Shown here: positions 53,342-64,000 of the stretch, one piece after another
How the letters are laid out: each line of letters opens with the position of its first letter
Numbering within the stretch: the first letter of the stretch is position 1
From: Paraspadella gotoi
Lineage: Eukaryota; Animalia; Chaetognatha
NCBI GenBank assembly: GCA_051294375.1
Contig: CM119265.1
Span: 20,556,221-20,620,220, forward strand
DNA: 64,000 nt
Direction: 5' to 3'
Notes under the pieces: model-generated
Databases searched by the model: none
What the model was told of the DNA's origin: nothing
Seen by the model: only the letters and a program-made list of their open reading frames with translations
Position numbers and translations under genes: made by a program

Positions 53342-54256
53342 ATTCTGATTTTTTGCCGCAAGAGTCAAAAACTGCGGTCATTTTTATTTTTATGTATGCT
53401 GCACTTGTTGTTCCAAGCATAGGCTGGAATGTTGACGTCGGTTAACAATAATCGAGCTTTATTCTTGTAAGATTAAAACCTATGCAAATGCGGAGAACAA
53501 AATCAGTCGAGTTATTTTAAAATTTAATAATAAACATTTAAAAATTTTATAATTTCATAAACTTTATCTCAAAATACGTCGGAAATTCCTACGGGCCACC
53601 GAAGGTTTTTTTTATTAGGTTCTTAATTTTTGATCCAAACTTATTACGATTTCATTTCTTATTTTGTAAAAAATTCAAGTGACTTAGTATTTTTTAGAAT
53701 TGTATTTGTACAGGCTACATTAATTATCGTGATTCTCCAATTTAAAGTTTAATAGTTGTCAAGTATTTCCAAAGATAAGATGGTAATTTATTAAAAAAAA
53801 ACCTTTTTTGGAGAACTACGAAAAAACCTTAAAAACATGACTGGGAGTAGTGGTGCTTATTTATTTCTGTTTATTTTCTTCCGTTTAAAAAAAAAGTGTT
53901 TTCGATTCCCACCAGAGCAGAGATATTGTAGTCAAATACTTGTTATTACTATCGAATTAATTGCTTACTTTGGAGAAAAAAAATCTTTACTGTCGTGAAA
54001 CCATTTTGCGTAAATTCCATGTATATCTCTTTGTGTGTTGGATTATTGAATTAAAAACCTAAAAATGTATAACTTAAAAAAAAAATAAGTTGTTCTTAGA
54101 CCCGTTGTTCGCGTTACATAATCGAGTCAGATCAGAGTGAATGAAAGAAGTGAATGATTTAACTAGAAGTGAATTCCTTAGCCAAGACTGATTCGTGTCT
54201 TTTCCATTTCCTTATCCCTTATCTCTCTCGGTGGCCAAATCCGCTCTCTTTATCAG

Positions 54257-54265
54257 CTTTACCAG
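54257..54265 (+). CDS. cpo: Candidate 9-nt microexon (Leu-Tyr-Gln) or recursive splice site
   Basis: About 68 nt AG-free pyrimidine tract, then ATCAG|CTTTACCAG|GTAACC. In frame in the phase-0 intron between exons F and G. No homology or transcript support. Confidence 0.35.
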
Positions 54266-55509
54266 GTAACCCTCTTCATTTTGATGTCAATGTGGAAACA
54301 AAAGAGAAAAAAAAAGAATCACGCAATTCACACAATTTGCTTCTTCACAGGAAATCACTCCGAGGATACACAGAAATTCACCAATTTTTTTTTTCCGTCC
54401 TTGACGCAGATTCGGTATTGAAACAGTCACAATGACCAATATTAAATTTACTTTTCCCTGAAAGAAAATATTTATACTCAATTAGCATCGAAAAATTTTG
54501 CAAGAAAAAAAAACATAAAAATCATTGTGGCCGTGTTTGTTCTATACCCACCAAAGTTGGCCCTTGTTTTTTGAGGGAGACAGCTACAACACAATCTTCA
54601 CATTACCTCACAAATAATGTAATCGTTCTTCATCTTAATCTTTAAGCAACTTTTACATGATTTACACCCTGCCCCTGCTCATAACCCTTCTCTTCTTTAT
54701 TCTCTCCCTCTTTCTCTCTTTCACTTTCTCTGCTTCTCTTTATATTCTTATGTTTTTCTTTTTTTTTCTCTTTCTTTCTCGCTGCTTTTCACCTATATTA
54801 AACAAAATTTAACATTAAACATTTTCCTTCCTCTTTTCACATCCTTTCATGTGGAACCGATAAATCTCACCGAATCATTAACCAACTTTGGGCAATTTTC
54901 TTTGCGATGCTTTCTTAAGTCTCTTTATGTTAAAATTAAACAAAGATTACTTTAACTAACAAGAATTTATTCATTTCACTATTACCCATTTTAATGAATA
55001 TAGTTTTTATCTAATATAAACACACTATTCAAATTATAAACGCAATGCTGTTGAAGGAGCTTATTATTCTTTTAACATACCACCATTAAATTTAGAATAT
55101 AAAATAAATACTATTGTTTATCCCTATAAATTAAGTATATTATTTCGCATAACAATAAATAAAAGAGATCGTGAGGAAACCTTTATGCCCTAATGAATTC
55201 TAAAGTTTGACCGTGTTCCATGAGTCCCTCACAGTGTTGAACCGAAAACCTTAAATGTTGGATGTCAAGGAATTAATGGTAGACATGGTCAGATGTCAGA
55301 TGACTGGATTAAAAATTATTTCTGTTCGAAAATTAACATTCAACTCTTTTAAAGTGATATATTTCGTCATAATTCATCTGATCACAATTAAGCTTTTAAT
55401 TCTGTTTCAATTCTTTTTACTCACTAAACAATAATAAGGAAGAGAAACAGAGAAAATTAATTGTAGACTGTATTTTTTCTTTTCTTGCAAAATATTTCAT
55501 GCGATTGAG

Positions 55510-55619
55510 ATTTCAACAGAGGCGTTTAATTTCGTCATTGAAAAAACAACTTAGCTCCANNNNNNNNNNATTTCAACAGAGGCGTTTTAATTTCGTCATT
55601 GAAAAACAACTTAGCTCCA
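55510..55619. repeat. 50-bp duplication across a 10-N gap (unmerged contig overlap)
   Basis: ATTTCAACAGAGGCG...CTTAGCTCCA on both sides of the gap, differing only in homopolymer lengths. Confidence 0.9.
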
Positions 55620-57288
55620 TAATCAAACGAAATTCGTAGTCAGTCATTGTAAGACAGAGTGTACTGTTTCCTTGTTAAGTTAGGGCCTAGTTCGACGCGG
55701 ACGCCTCTCGTGGATGTTTTGAGAACGTTCAATGTGCATTGTGCGTTGTGCACGGTGCAATCGATGTTATTCCTCTCCATTCTTGGATGCCCCTTCGTTT
55801 AAAAAAAAAAAATATATTAAAATTGTAATCGAACTGATAATAAGTTGACAAATGTTTTTTCTTTGCGGCCAGCGCGGCCAAAATCCCATTCAGGGAGTTG
55901 ATAAACTGGCATATCAACTCCAAAACACTCATCTTTATGTCCATCAGTGAGAAGGAAGCGATAGGTAATGAATGCTTACTATATTACTTTAACGGTCTCC
56001 TTACTAGTAACTATATCTATTTATCTATAGTGAAGCCGACCCTTTTTATTTTCCTTTTTGCCTCGAGTAGGGCGAACCGCCGACGACCTTGATCCTTCTG
56101 CTTTGGTTACTCAAAATATAACCAAAAAAAAATAACTTTGAAATACTATTTTCTCGAAAACACCAATTCGCTGGAATAAATACATAAGTTAATAAATATA
56201 ATTAGAAAATTGAATACACACTAAATTAATACTTGCATCTGTTTTAGCGATATAAATAAGATTATCCTTAAGTCTTAATTTTTGTATTTTGTATTCCGGT
56301 TGAACATTTCTAAATTGTTTGTGTTTAGTCTATTAAATTAGTTAATTTATTTAAAAAATCATTCTATTACTTCCTAAAAAATTCTGATTGAAGGGGAAAT
56401 TTCTCTTTTTAAAAAATTTGTATTGTCCAAACAAAGTTTTTTTTGTAATTTTAATAATAATAAAGATGATAAAGTTAATTTTTTACCAAATAAATGACTT
56501 AAACATAAGGATAAAGCGGCGATCGGTTTGAATCCTCTCACTAACTCTTCCTCTCACCCCCTAAGTCCACATCCTCAGTCCCTCACAGTTGCCTCTTCGT
56601 TCGACACTTTTCGTGAGAATTAATGGTAACGGTGATGAATAATTTACAGCTCAATAATTTAAAAAAAAAGTACCCTATTCATGCCGAGATTGTTTGATTC
56701 GCTGATATAATAAAACATTGCTTCCTATATTTTAGCATGTAAACTAAAATAGGTGCGAATTTAAAAAAAAAATAATCATTGGTGATTTTCGCATGTCAAC
56801 TCAATGTGATTCATTTCTCAATTGTTCAAAGTCAGGAAAACAAATGTTTTGATTAACATTTTTTACGGAATAGGGAAAAAGTCGTGGGTCTTTATGATTA
56901 CACAGTAGCCTCAACAGTCAACACGTAGTGGCTTTCCCGACCTCATTTTTAAAGAACTTATATTTACCTACAATAATTTTCTTATGTCGTAATCACAGTT
57001 TCGTCTGCTAAAACACCGTGCATGATGGATTGACAAATAGACTTGACTTGCTATGAATGACGACGACCCAGGGGTTCTTAAAAGGCTTTTGGCAACTGTT
57101 AAATATCATAATTTTTACAAAACTTGACCCATCGCAATCTCAAAAAGAAACACAAAAAGAAACAGAAAAAAAAACCAGAATCAACTGGATGTTTCACGCC
57201 GTTTTACTCAGCACTGGACAGCAAGGATCAAAACACGCCGAGCACACTTGACCAGTGACCAATTCAAAACGAGATATTTTCTCTCTCT

Positions 57289-57352
<64 letters not shown>

Positions 57353-57363
57353 GTCTCTCTCTC

Positions 57364-57395
<32 letters not shown>

Positions 57396-57512
57396 ATCTT
57401 TCCATCTACCTTTTTTAAAAGACCCAACCCCTCTCCACATCCAACCCGTCCTCCCCACATCTCAACCTCGCCACCTCCCCCCCCGGATCCATCCCCCCCT
57501 TCGACCCCGCAG

Positions 57513-58071
57513 GCTGCAATGGCACCTCACCACCTTCAGCACCTGCAAACGTCCGTAGCCGGAGGATACGCGACCCACCAGATGGCGACATCCCCAGGGA
57601 TCATGACTTCACCCCCGGTAACCATGGCGACCAATTCCGCTGCCCCGGCGACTTGTCCCCCCCCTCGAGTCAACCTCAAGGCACCTCCCCCCATCACCAC
57701 AACCACCACCCCGTCGGAAGCACGTCGGCGCACCAGGCACAGCAGCAGCAGCAGCATCAACAAGCGGCTGCGGCGGCGGCGGCCCAGGCGGCTCAAGCGG
57801 CCGTGGCTTTTCACGCCGCCGCCGCCGCCGCAGCTGCCGGAGGGTTTCCGGGGGCCGCCGCCGCCGCCGCCGCCACCCCAGGCGGCGGGGGCGGAGGTGG
57901 GTCGCTAGGGGCGGGGAATATTTTCACCACCACCCCGGGGTTTCCCACCGGTCCCACTACCAACACCGCCGCCCTGTACCTGAATCAACCCAACCCTCCG
58001 TGCACCACCCTGTTTGTGGCGAACCTTGGATCCACCGTGTCCGAGCAGGAAATCAAGGACGCGTTCGGATG
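57513..58071 (+). CDS. cpo: cpo-like coding exon G (low-complexity linker and start of RRM2); one base short as assembled
   Basis: CGCAG acceptor, ATG|GTAAGG donor. The 5' part reads AAMAPHHLQHLQ...NSAAPAT; the 3' part reads LSPPSSQ...NPPCTTLFVANLGSTVSEQEIKDAFG in the -1 frame. Length is 559 nt where phase 0-2 needs 560. Confidence 0.82.
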
Positions 58072-58703
58072 GTAAGGACCGAGTCAGGGAATCTTTTTCA
58101 ATATTCAGCCTTACCTTTGAGGCGCTATTGAAAAAAAAAATTTAGACGGGGTTTTTAAAAAAAAATTAATTCTAAATTGAAAAAAAAAAAAAAAGTAATT
58201 TTGTATTTTGTTCAGGTTTTCGCCAGTTTTAAATGAATGTATGTAAAACTAAAACAAAACAAAAAAAGTCGTAATTAAGTAACAAAACGTATAATGGGTT
58301 AATTAGGATTAATTAGGATGATTGAATAATGAAGAGCTTTTTGTCTTCGTCCACGGGCCCAGAAACGTAGGAAAACTTCCCCCAGCAATGTGCCGTAATT
58401 AACTGCTTAAAATCGTTGGGCTTAAATCAAGTAGCACTGCAAAAAAAAAAAGGTGTTGGAGAATTGACAACACTGCACAGTGCTGGTGCAAAAAGATTAA
58501 CAAACCACAATTCACTCGTGAAATCGTTTTTTTCAAAATAAAACTAAGTTTTAATCTTTAAAACGCACTTAATTAAAAATTATCATAACTATTAAAAGTC
58601 GGTACCTTCACATTTTTTAGCTAAATTCATAAGATCATTGAGTTTAAAAATAGGAAAAAAGATAATTAACCCTTATCGCTTCTTTCTTTTTCAATCCCCA
58701 AAG

Positions 58704-58773
58704 TTTTCCAGGATTTATCCGACTAAAAATGCATAACAAGAGCGGTTCTCCCGTCTGCTTTGTTGAATTCTCG
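58704..58773 (+). CDS. cpo: cpo-like coding exon H (RRM2, RNP1)
   Basis: AAG acceptor, TCG|GTGAGT donor, 70 nt, phase 2-0. (C)FPGFIRLKMHNKSGSPVCFVEFS is typical of Cpo/MEC-8 RRM2. Confidence 0.92.
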
Positions 58774-59008
58774 GTGAGTGAATAGCGAGAAATAAATTAA
58801 AACAACTAAACTTGTAAAGAAAAACAAACCAGAAAAGGTTGAAAACTTCATAGATGATATAGTTTTTAGCTTTTTTTAGTCAATATTTACATAAATCTGA
58901 AAAGTAATGAAGAACAAACAAAAAAAAGCAAAATAAAAAAAATATTTATCATAATATTTCCTAACTCAGAAACGTATTGATCCGCCCCCGCCGTCCCCTC
59001 AACCCCAG

Positions 59009-59122
59009 GAGATACGTTTGGCCTTCCACGCATTGACTTCCCTCAGCGGCACAATGTTGCCCTCCTCCGCCGAAAAGGGGTCAGGCATTCGCATCGAATT
59101 CGCCAAGAACCGCATGGGGGAG
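59009..59122 (+). CDS. cpo: cpo-like coding exon I (end of RRM2); can extend to 59323 or read through to stop at 59368
   Basis: CCCCAG acceptor, GAG|GTGAGT donor. EIRLAFHALTSLSGTMLPSSAEKGSGIRIEFAKNRMGE matches the RRM2 end motif (IRIE[FY]AK.[KR]M). Confidence 0.92.
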
Positions 59123-59323
59123 GTGAGTAACGCCTACCACCACCAACAACAACAACAGCTGCAGCAGCACCCTTTCCTGGCTGCCACGGCGGCGTCGACC
59201 GCGTCGGCGGAGCAGCAGATGATTGTGGAATTCGCGACGAGCGCCGGTGGCGCCGGATGCGTCACCGGCGCTGGCGTGATCGCGCCGGCAGCAATGGCAG
59301 CCTCACCGCCCCCCAACAAAATG
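59123..59323 (+). CDS. cpo: Alternative in-frame 3' extension of exon I (Gln/Ala-rich, 67 codons)
   Basis: GC-rich open frame VSNAYHHQQQQQ...ASPPPNKM ending at ATG|GTACGA (phase 0). Composition matches the other exons, not the introns. Confidence 0.6.
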
Positions 59324-60134
59324 GTACGAACGGCACGAGCCCAACCGCTTTTTCTAGACTTTGAATAACTTATTTTTATGTTAGGTTAAATTTTTATTTT
59401 AAAAAAATTGGTTTTATGTTTATTTATTTAGAGGACGAAGAATTTTTTTGGGGGGATTAGAATAACAATTACATTTGTTTAGGGCCAACGAAACGCTACT
59501 CTTAAAATAATTTAAAATACAGTATAAATTTATCTTGATATTTTTTATTAATGATAAAGAACGAATAAAAATGGTTGGTATCATTTTGGTGGGAATTCGC
59601 TAAACGAGAACACTATATGGCCTTAACTGTTCTAACCCGGCTTATAAAGCAAAGATCGACAAAAATAAATGGAATAATTATAATGCATGATCCATGATCC
59701 GTGATCTATTGAAATAATATACGGCATTATATTAACTATTGTTCATTGACTTAATTAACCATAAAAAAGTATCGTAAGAATAGGTCTATTCAATAGCGTA
59801 TATGTTCTGGTTGTATAATGTAGATTTTTTTAGATCAAATTTTTGTTGATCAATTTTTAATGACTAACATATTAACCTTTTGACTTGTTGAATTGTTGAA
59901 TTGTTTTATTCAAGAGAAGTATTTATTGATTAATACCAAAGAACAAGTTAATGTTTCATTGTTATTTATATGTTTATGCAAATGAAATCAAGCTTCTTCG
60001 TCCAAACAATATTCTAAAATTTACTGCACAAAATTGTTTGAAATTTAAACAGTGAGACATTTATTTTCTGAAAGTGAAACAGTTATGTTTCTTGAAGTGT
60101 GTCACGTTTAATTTGTTTGTATTTTGTTTCTCAG

Positions 60135-60173
60135 GGACGAAAAGAAACAGACGTCGCTGCTGTCATCGAGTAA
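60135..60173 (+). CDS. cpo: Probable terminal coding exon J (GRKETDVAAVIE*)
   Basis: T-rich tract + CTCAG acceptor, phase 0 compatible with donors at 59123 and 59324, TAA at 60171-60173. AT-rich 3'UTR-like sequence follows, with AATAAA near 60646, 60745 and 60913. Confidence 0.6.
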   Translation, partial: GRKETDVAAVIE

Positions 60174-63100
60174 AAGCCAACGAACAAAGGATCATCAGGG
60201 ATCAATTTTGCCTCTTTTCTTTATTAGATTTTATGCTACTTATATTTATCTAGAAAAAAAAATCCAAATTTTAACAAAAAAACCTCAGAATTGAAAGAAT
60301 AATTATATTCGAGCATGCCAAACGCTAAACTGTATCTCCGCTTCATAAATAGCTTTGTCTACCGAGATTTAAAGATAATATTTAAAGAAGTGGAAAGTTG
60401 ATTTAATTCTTCAATGTAACGAAATGGAATTTCAGACTTGTCGCGAGATAACTTGAAGTTTTAAATCAATATCCGTGAAAAAAGAACCGTAACTAACTTA
60501 AGAAGAATTTAAAAGATATGGAATTTTTAATGTTTCTTCTTCTCATAGATGTCTTATGTTTCTTTCGTTGTCATTTTTTTTTTGTATTGATGACGATAAG
60601 GCGGATTCGGAATCGAGGGAAGAAATGAGATGGGAGCGAAAAGTAAATAAAAACAAAAACAAAATCGACAAAGCCCCCAAAAAATTATGATAGAACCCTT
60701 TTTTATGCCGGATAGTTCCTTCGACAACTACTCTTTAGTAGACAAATAAAGATACAACCCATACTTAATAAGTTTAACGCGGCGCAATTTATCGCACCGT
60801 TTAGGGTAATAACTCAAAAAAAAAAAAAAAAAACAAACAAACAAACAAAACAAAAAAAAACCTGTTTGCTTGGAATTTAGATCTCATTTATACAACTTTG
60901 AACTAGTTTTTAAATAAAGAAACTTTAGTTGATTGTAATTAATCAAAATGATACAAATTCATCGCCCGTATATAACTTTACGATCTTTTTTAACAAGTTA
61001 AATTACCAGCTTCGCGGAAAAAATGAAGGAACGATGGTGTGATTGCCACAAATATTTAAAAACTATGAAATTCGATTAGACTATTGTTATTAACATGTTA
61101 ATCGTTAACTGCGATTCCGTCCTCTATATATACCAGACTGTCAATTCCTGTTCACTTTTTACTATTTGACAAAACGCTTAAAATGAAAAGAACTCTTTTG
61201 AGATTAGCGTGTAGTTTAGATGTAGCAATTTTTTTTTGTTTTGGAATTTGCAGTCTTGATAATTTTCTTTGATCTCATTCGAGCCCGGCTAAAATAATCC
61301 AAAATATCACATTAGTGTTAAATGTTTGTAACATAGTGTAGCATTGTTAAATAACAATTTTTGTTTTAGAACTTAAGTGTATCACTGTCACCGAAGTTAG
61401 GGATGGAAATAATAATTACAAAAAACTTGGAAATGGAATTTAAACGTACAATTGACTTCCAAAATATTCATAAATTCCACTAAAACAAATTTGTGTTTAA
61501 AAAAATTTGAAACTTTTGCTGTCTATGTTTGCACACTTAAGAGTATTTTAAACACATGTTAGTCGCTTACACAAAATTTTTAGTGTTTTTTAAGTGTCAT
61601 GAATAGCTGCTCAGAATTTTTTTAGTTTTAAGATTGTGTGTGCGAACCAATAGTGTATTATTAATTTGATTTGATTCAATTCAATTATGTAGATGCAATG
61701 ACTTATAGGTAATTTTAAAAAAACTAATTATCAAGCTTTTAGCGTTACAATTCGCAACCTAGTCGGGCTACAACTATTGCATTTAAGTAAAAGACGTTAA
61801 GTGGGAATATGTGTTTTTATAAAGTTATAGTTTGAGACTTGTTTCACTTGTTACTTAAAAAAATCATTTTGCTCTTCATTGCATGTTTCTACTAATTTTC
61901 AGTTGCAAATTTACTCTTTTGTCTTAAAAGGAGTTGTTAGTTTACCTTTCTACAAAGGCTACACTAAGTCATTTCTAAACTATATACGTGAACATTTTAA
62001 AATTTAAGTATTCTTTCGCCCCCATATAAACATTACTCTATAAACCTCTCCATTCTTGCCAAGAGTTCTGACGTGGAACTCCTACTCTTGGAGAGATGTT
62101 GGTTAATGCAATGTTTACAGCAAAGTCTGAAAGAGCTAACTGAAATTTGCTCATTTAAGTATCGCAATAATTATGAATGAATTTTTGATTCTCATGTGCC
62201 TTTTATGGGAAGTAAAATATTTAAGTACTAGCTTGCATTGAAAATGAAAAAAATATATTAAATTCGTAAATAAAATATACCTATTATTTAATTGCTTATA
62301 AAAACAGATGAATCCTAAGTAAAGCAGATTATGATCATTATCCTTTGGCCATTTAATACTATTGATTAGTTTAATTTAATATTTTACAGCTCGCATAATC
62401 TCATTGCCATTACCAATGCGAAATCTATGTGTTGTCCCTGCCAACGCTGTATTATCCCTAATTCAATGTCGTGTACTCTATTCAATAATAAATGTACCGC
62501 TTAAACTAATAAGGATTTCTTTACTGTAATCCTCTAGCAAGCTTTAACTTACTACTTAAGTTTTTTTTCCAATACTTGTGTTGATAAGTGAATAAATTTA
62601 ATTGTGGGAGAACAACGTCCTATTCAAATTACCGATGGTTTTAAGTAACGTTGGTTTTAAGTACCTAGCGATTACATTTACAGGCATGTGTGACACAAAA
62701 GTTATTTACAGTTGAAGTAAAAGGATTTTCGTTAGAATTTGTAGGGAGTAAAAGTTAGAGAAGTCTACTTCATTGATAATTCAATATTTTAAACAATTTA
62801 TTTCACTTGAATTTAATATTAAGATTTTGATTCAATTAAGTTGAAGACAAAAGGGAATCGAAAGTTAATGGTAGCGCGATCGTCTGCCGATAGCGTAACT
62901 AATAGAGTCCCCCTGAGACAAAAGGGAAACGAGGTATTTGTTTCTACTTTTTGCTCCGATTATTCAGCATTGCGTTCTTACGCAGTTATGCCCGTCCCCA
63001 TAATACCTTAGACTCACCTCCACTCGGAAAACGAAAGTCGGCGTTATATGGCTCCATAGGGCATTATAGCAATGCCCCATTCTTTACGAATTGGATACGA

Positions 63101-64000
63101 ATTCGATTAGAATGATAGATTTGTTACCAAAATTTGTTTTCTGAGCAATCAAAATTGAGGCTCTTCCCGGTCAAAGAGGTTTCGTCAGCACTGTCTTTAT
63201 TATTATATTCCTGTTCCTCGCTTGTCAGTCTCGTCGGCATATATGCATTATGCAAAGTCAGGTAAATTCCTCTGGATTCAGCAGAGGGATTTCTAAAAGC
63301 GGCAGCTGTCTGGAAGAAGCAGCAGGAGCCGCGGTAAGTTCGCGTGTTGAAAAGGTTGCAAAAAAAAAAAAAACGTTTGGGAGGTAGATTAGAACAATAA
63401 ATTCAGATCAGCCGTTGTAGTGCATGAAAAAAAAAACATAGAAAGATAACCCTCGTAATTCACTTCACATCCAAGAACCGTAAACATTGTGGATAATTCG
63501 AGGGAAATGACCTCTTCAGGTTTCAATTCATAAAAAGAAAATACTGTCAACACGGAAACTTCTGTTACGTTTCAAGGGCAAGGCCGGTCGATGGCCCAAC
63601 GCGGACTTTGCCCCGACCGAAGTTTTTGCCCGATCTCGCCCGGAAACTTAAAGTTTAGTAAGTGCGATTTTTTTCCCCTCTCAAATAATTTTTTTTTTAA
63701 TTTTTCGTAATTCCCGTGATTTTTTAAAAAATTCTGTAAATTTATTCCTTTTTAATCGAATCCTTTTCCTTCTGTCGATTGCAATTTTCTGAAAACTAAA
63801 TTCGTATCATCATCGAAAAATAAATATTAAATAATTTTCATTCATAAAACTCTTCAAATTACTCAGTAATAAACCACGCTTATTTAACTNNNNNNNNNNT
63901 TTTTCCTAATTTTGACCAAGAAAACATAAAAATTTTGGAAAGTTGTAGTTAAATTTTTTATTTAACTTCTTATGCTCTATCAGAATCCATCAAAAAAAGT

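Noticed and set aside
63059-63077. Hairpin GGGCATT-ATAGC-AATGCCC as a Helitron end or terminator
   Set aside because: A 7-bp stem with no CTRR end at the expected distance and no other element features.

Overview
Eukaryotic (probably protostome invertebrate) genomic DNA from a gappy, microsatellite-rich draft assembly. The one well-supported gene is a + strand couch potato / mec-8 / RBPMS-family RNA-binding protein with two RRMs. I rebuilt it by hand from ten coding exons between 39456 and 60173 (about 607 aa). Its first coding exon was not located, and most of 1-39455 is probably a very long first intron or upstream region. Nearly all six-frame ORFs are artefacts of (GA)n, (GAC)n or (CTTT)n repeats or N-gaps. 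The interesting signals concern splicing of this gene. A frame-preserving 468-nt polyQ/polyA exon has a 244-nt AG-free zone and seven CAC trinucleotides, the motif this protein family binds, packed at its 3' splice site, suggesting autoregulation. There is also a GC-AG intron in RRM1, a candidate 9-nt microexon, an exon one base short with both frames open, and several alternative C-termini. The kb-scale duplications, including a second copy of the first RRM1 exon, abut 25-N gaps and differ mostly by indels, so they look like long-read gap-filling artefacts. No prokaryotic-type system (CRISPR, operon, phage) is present.
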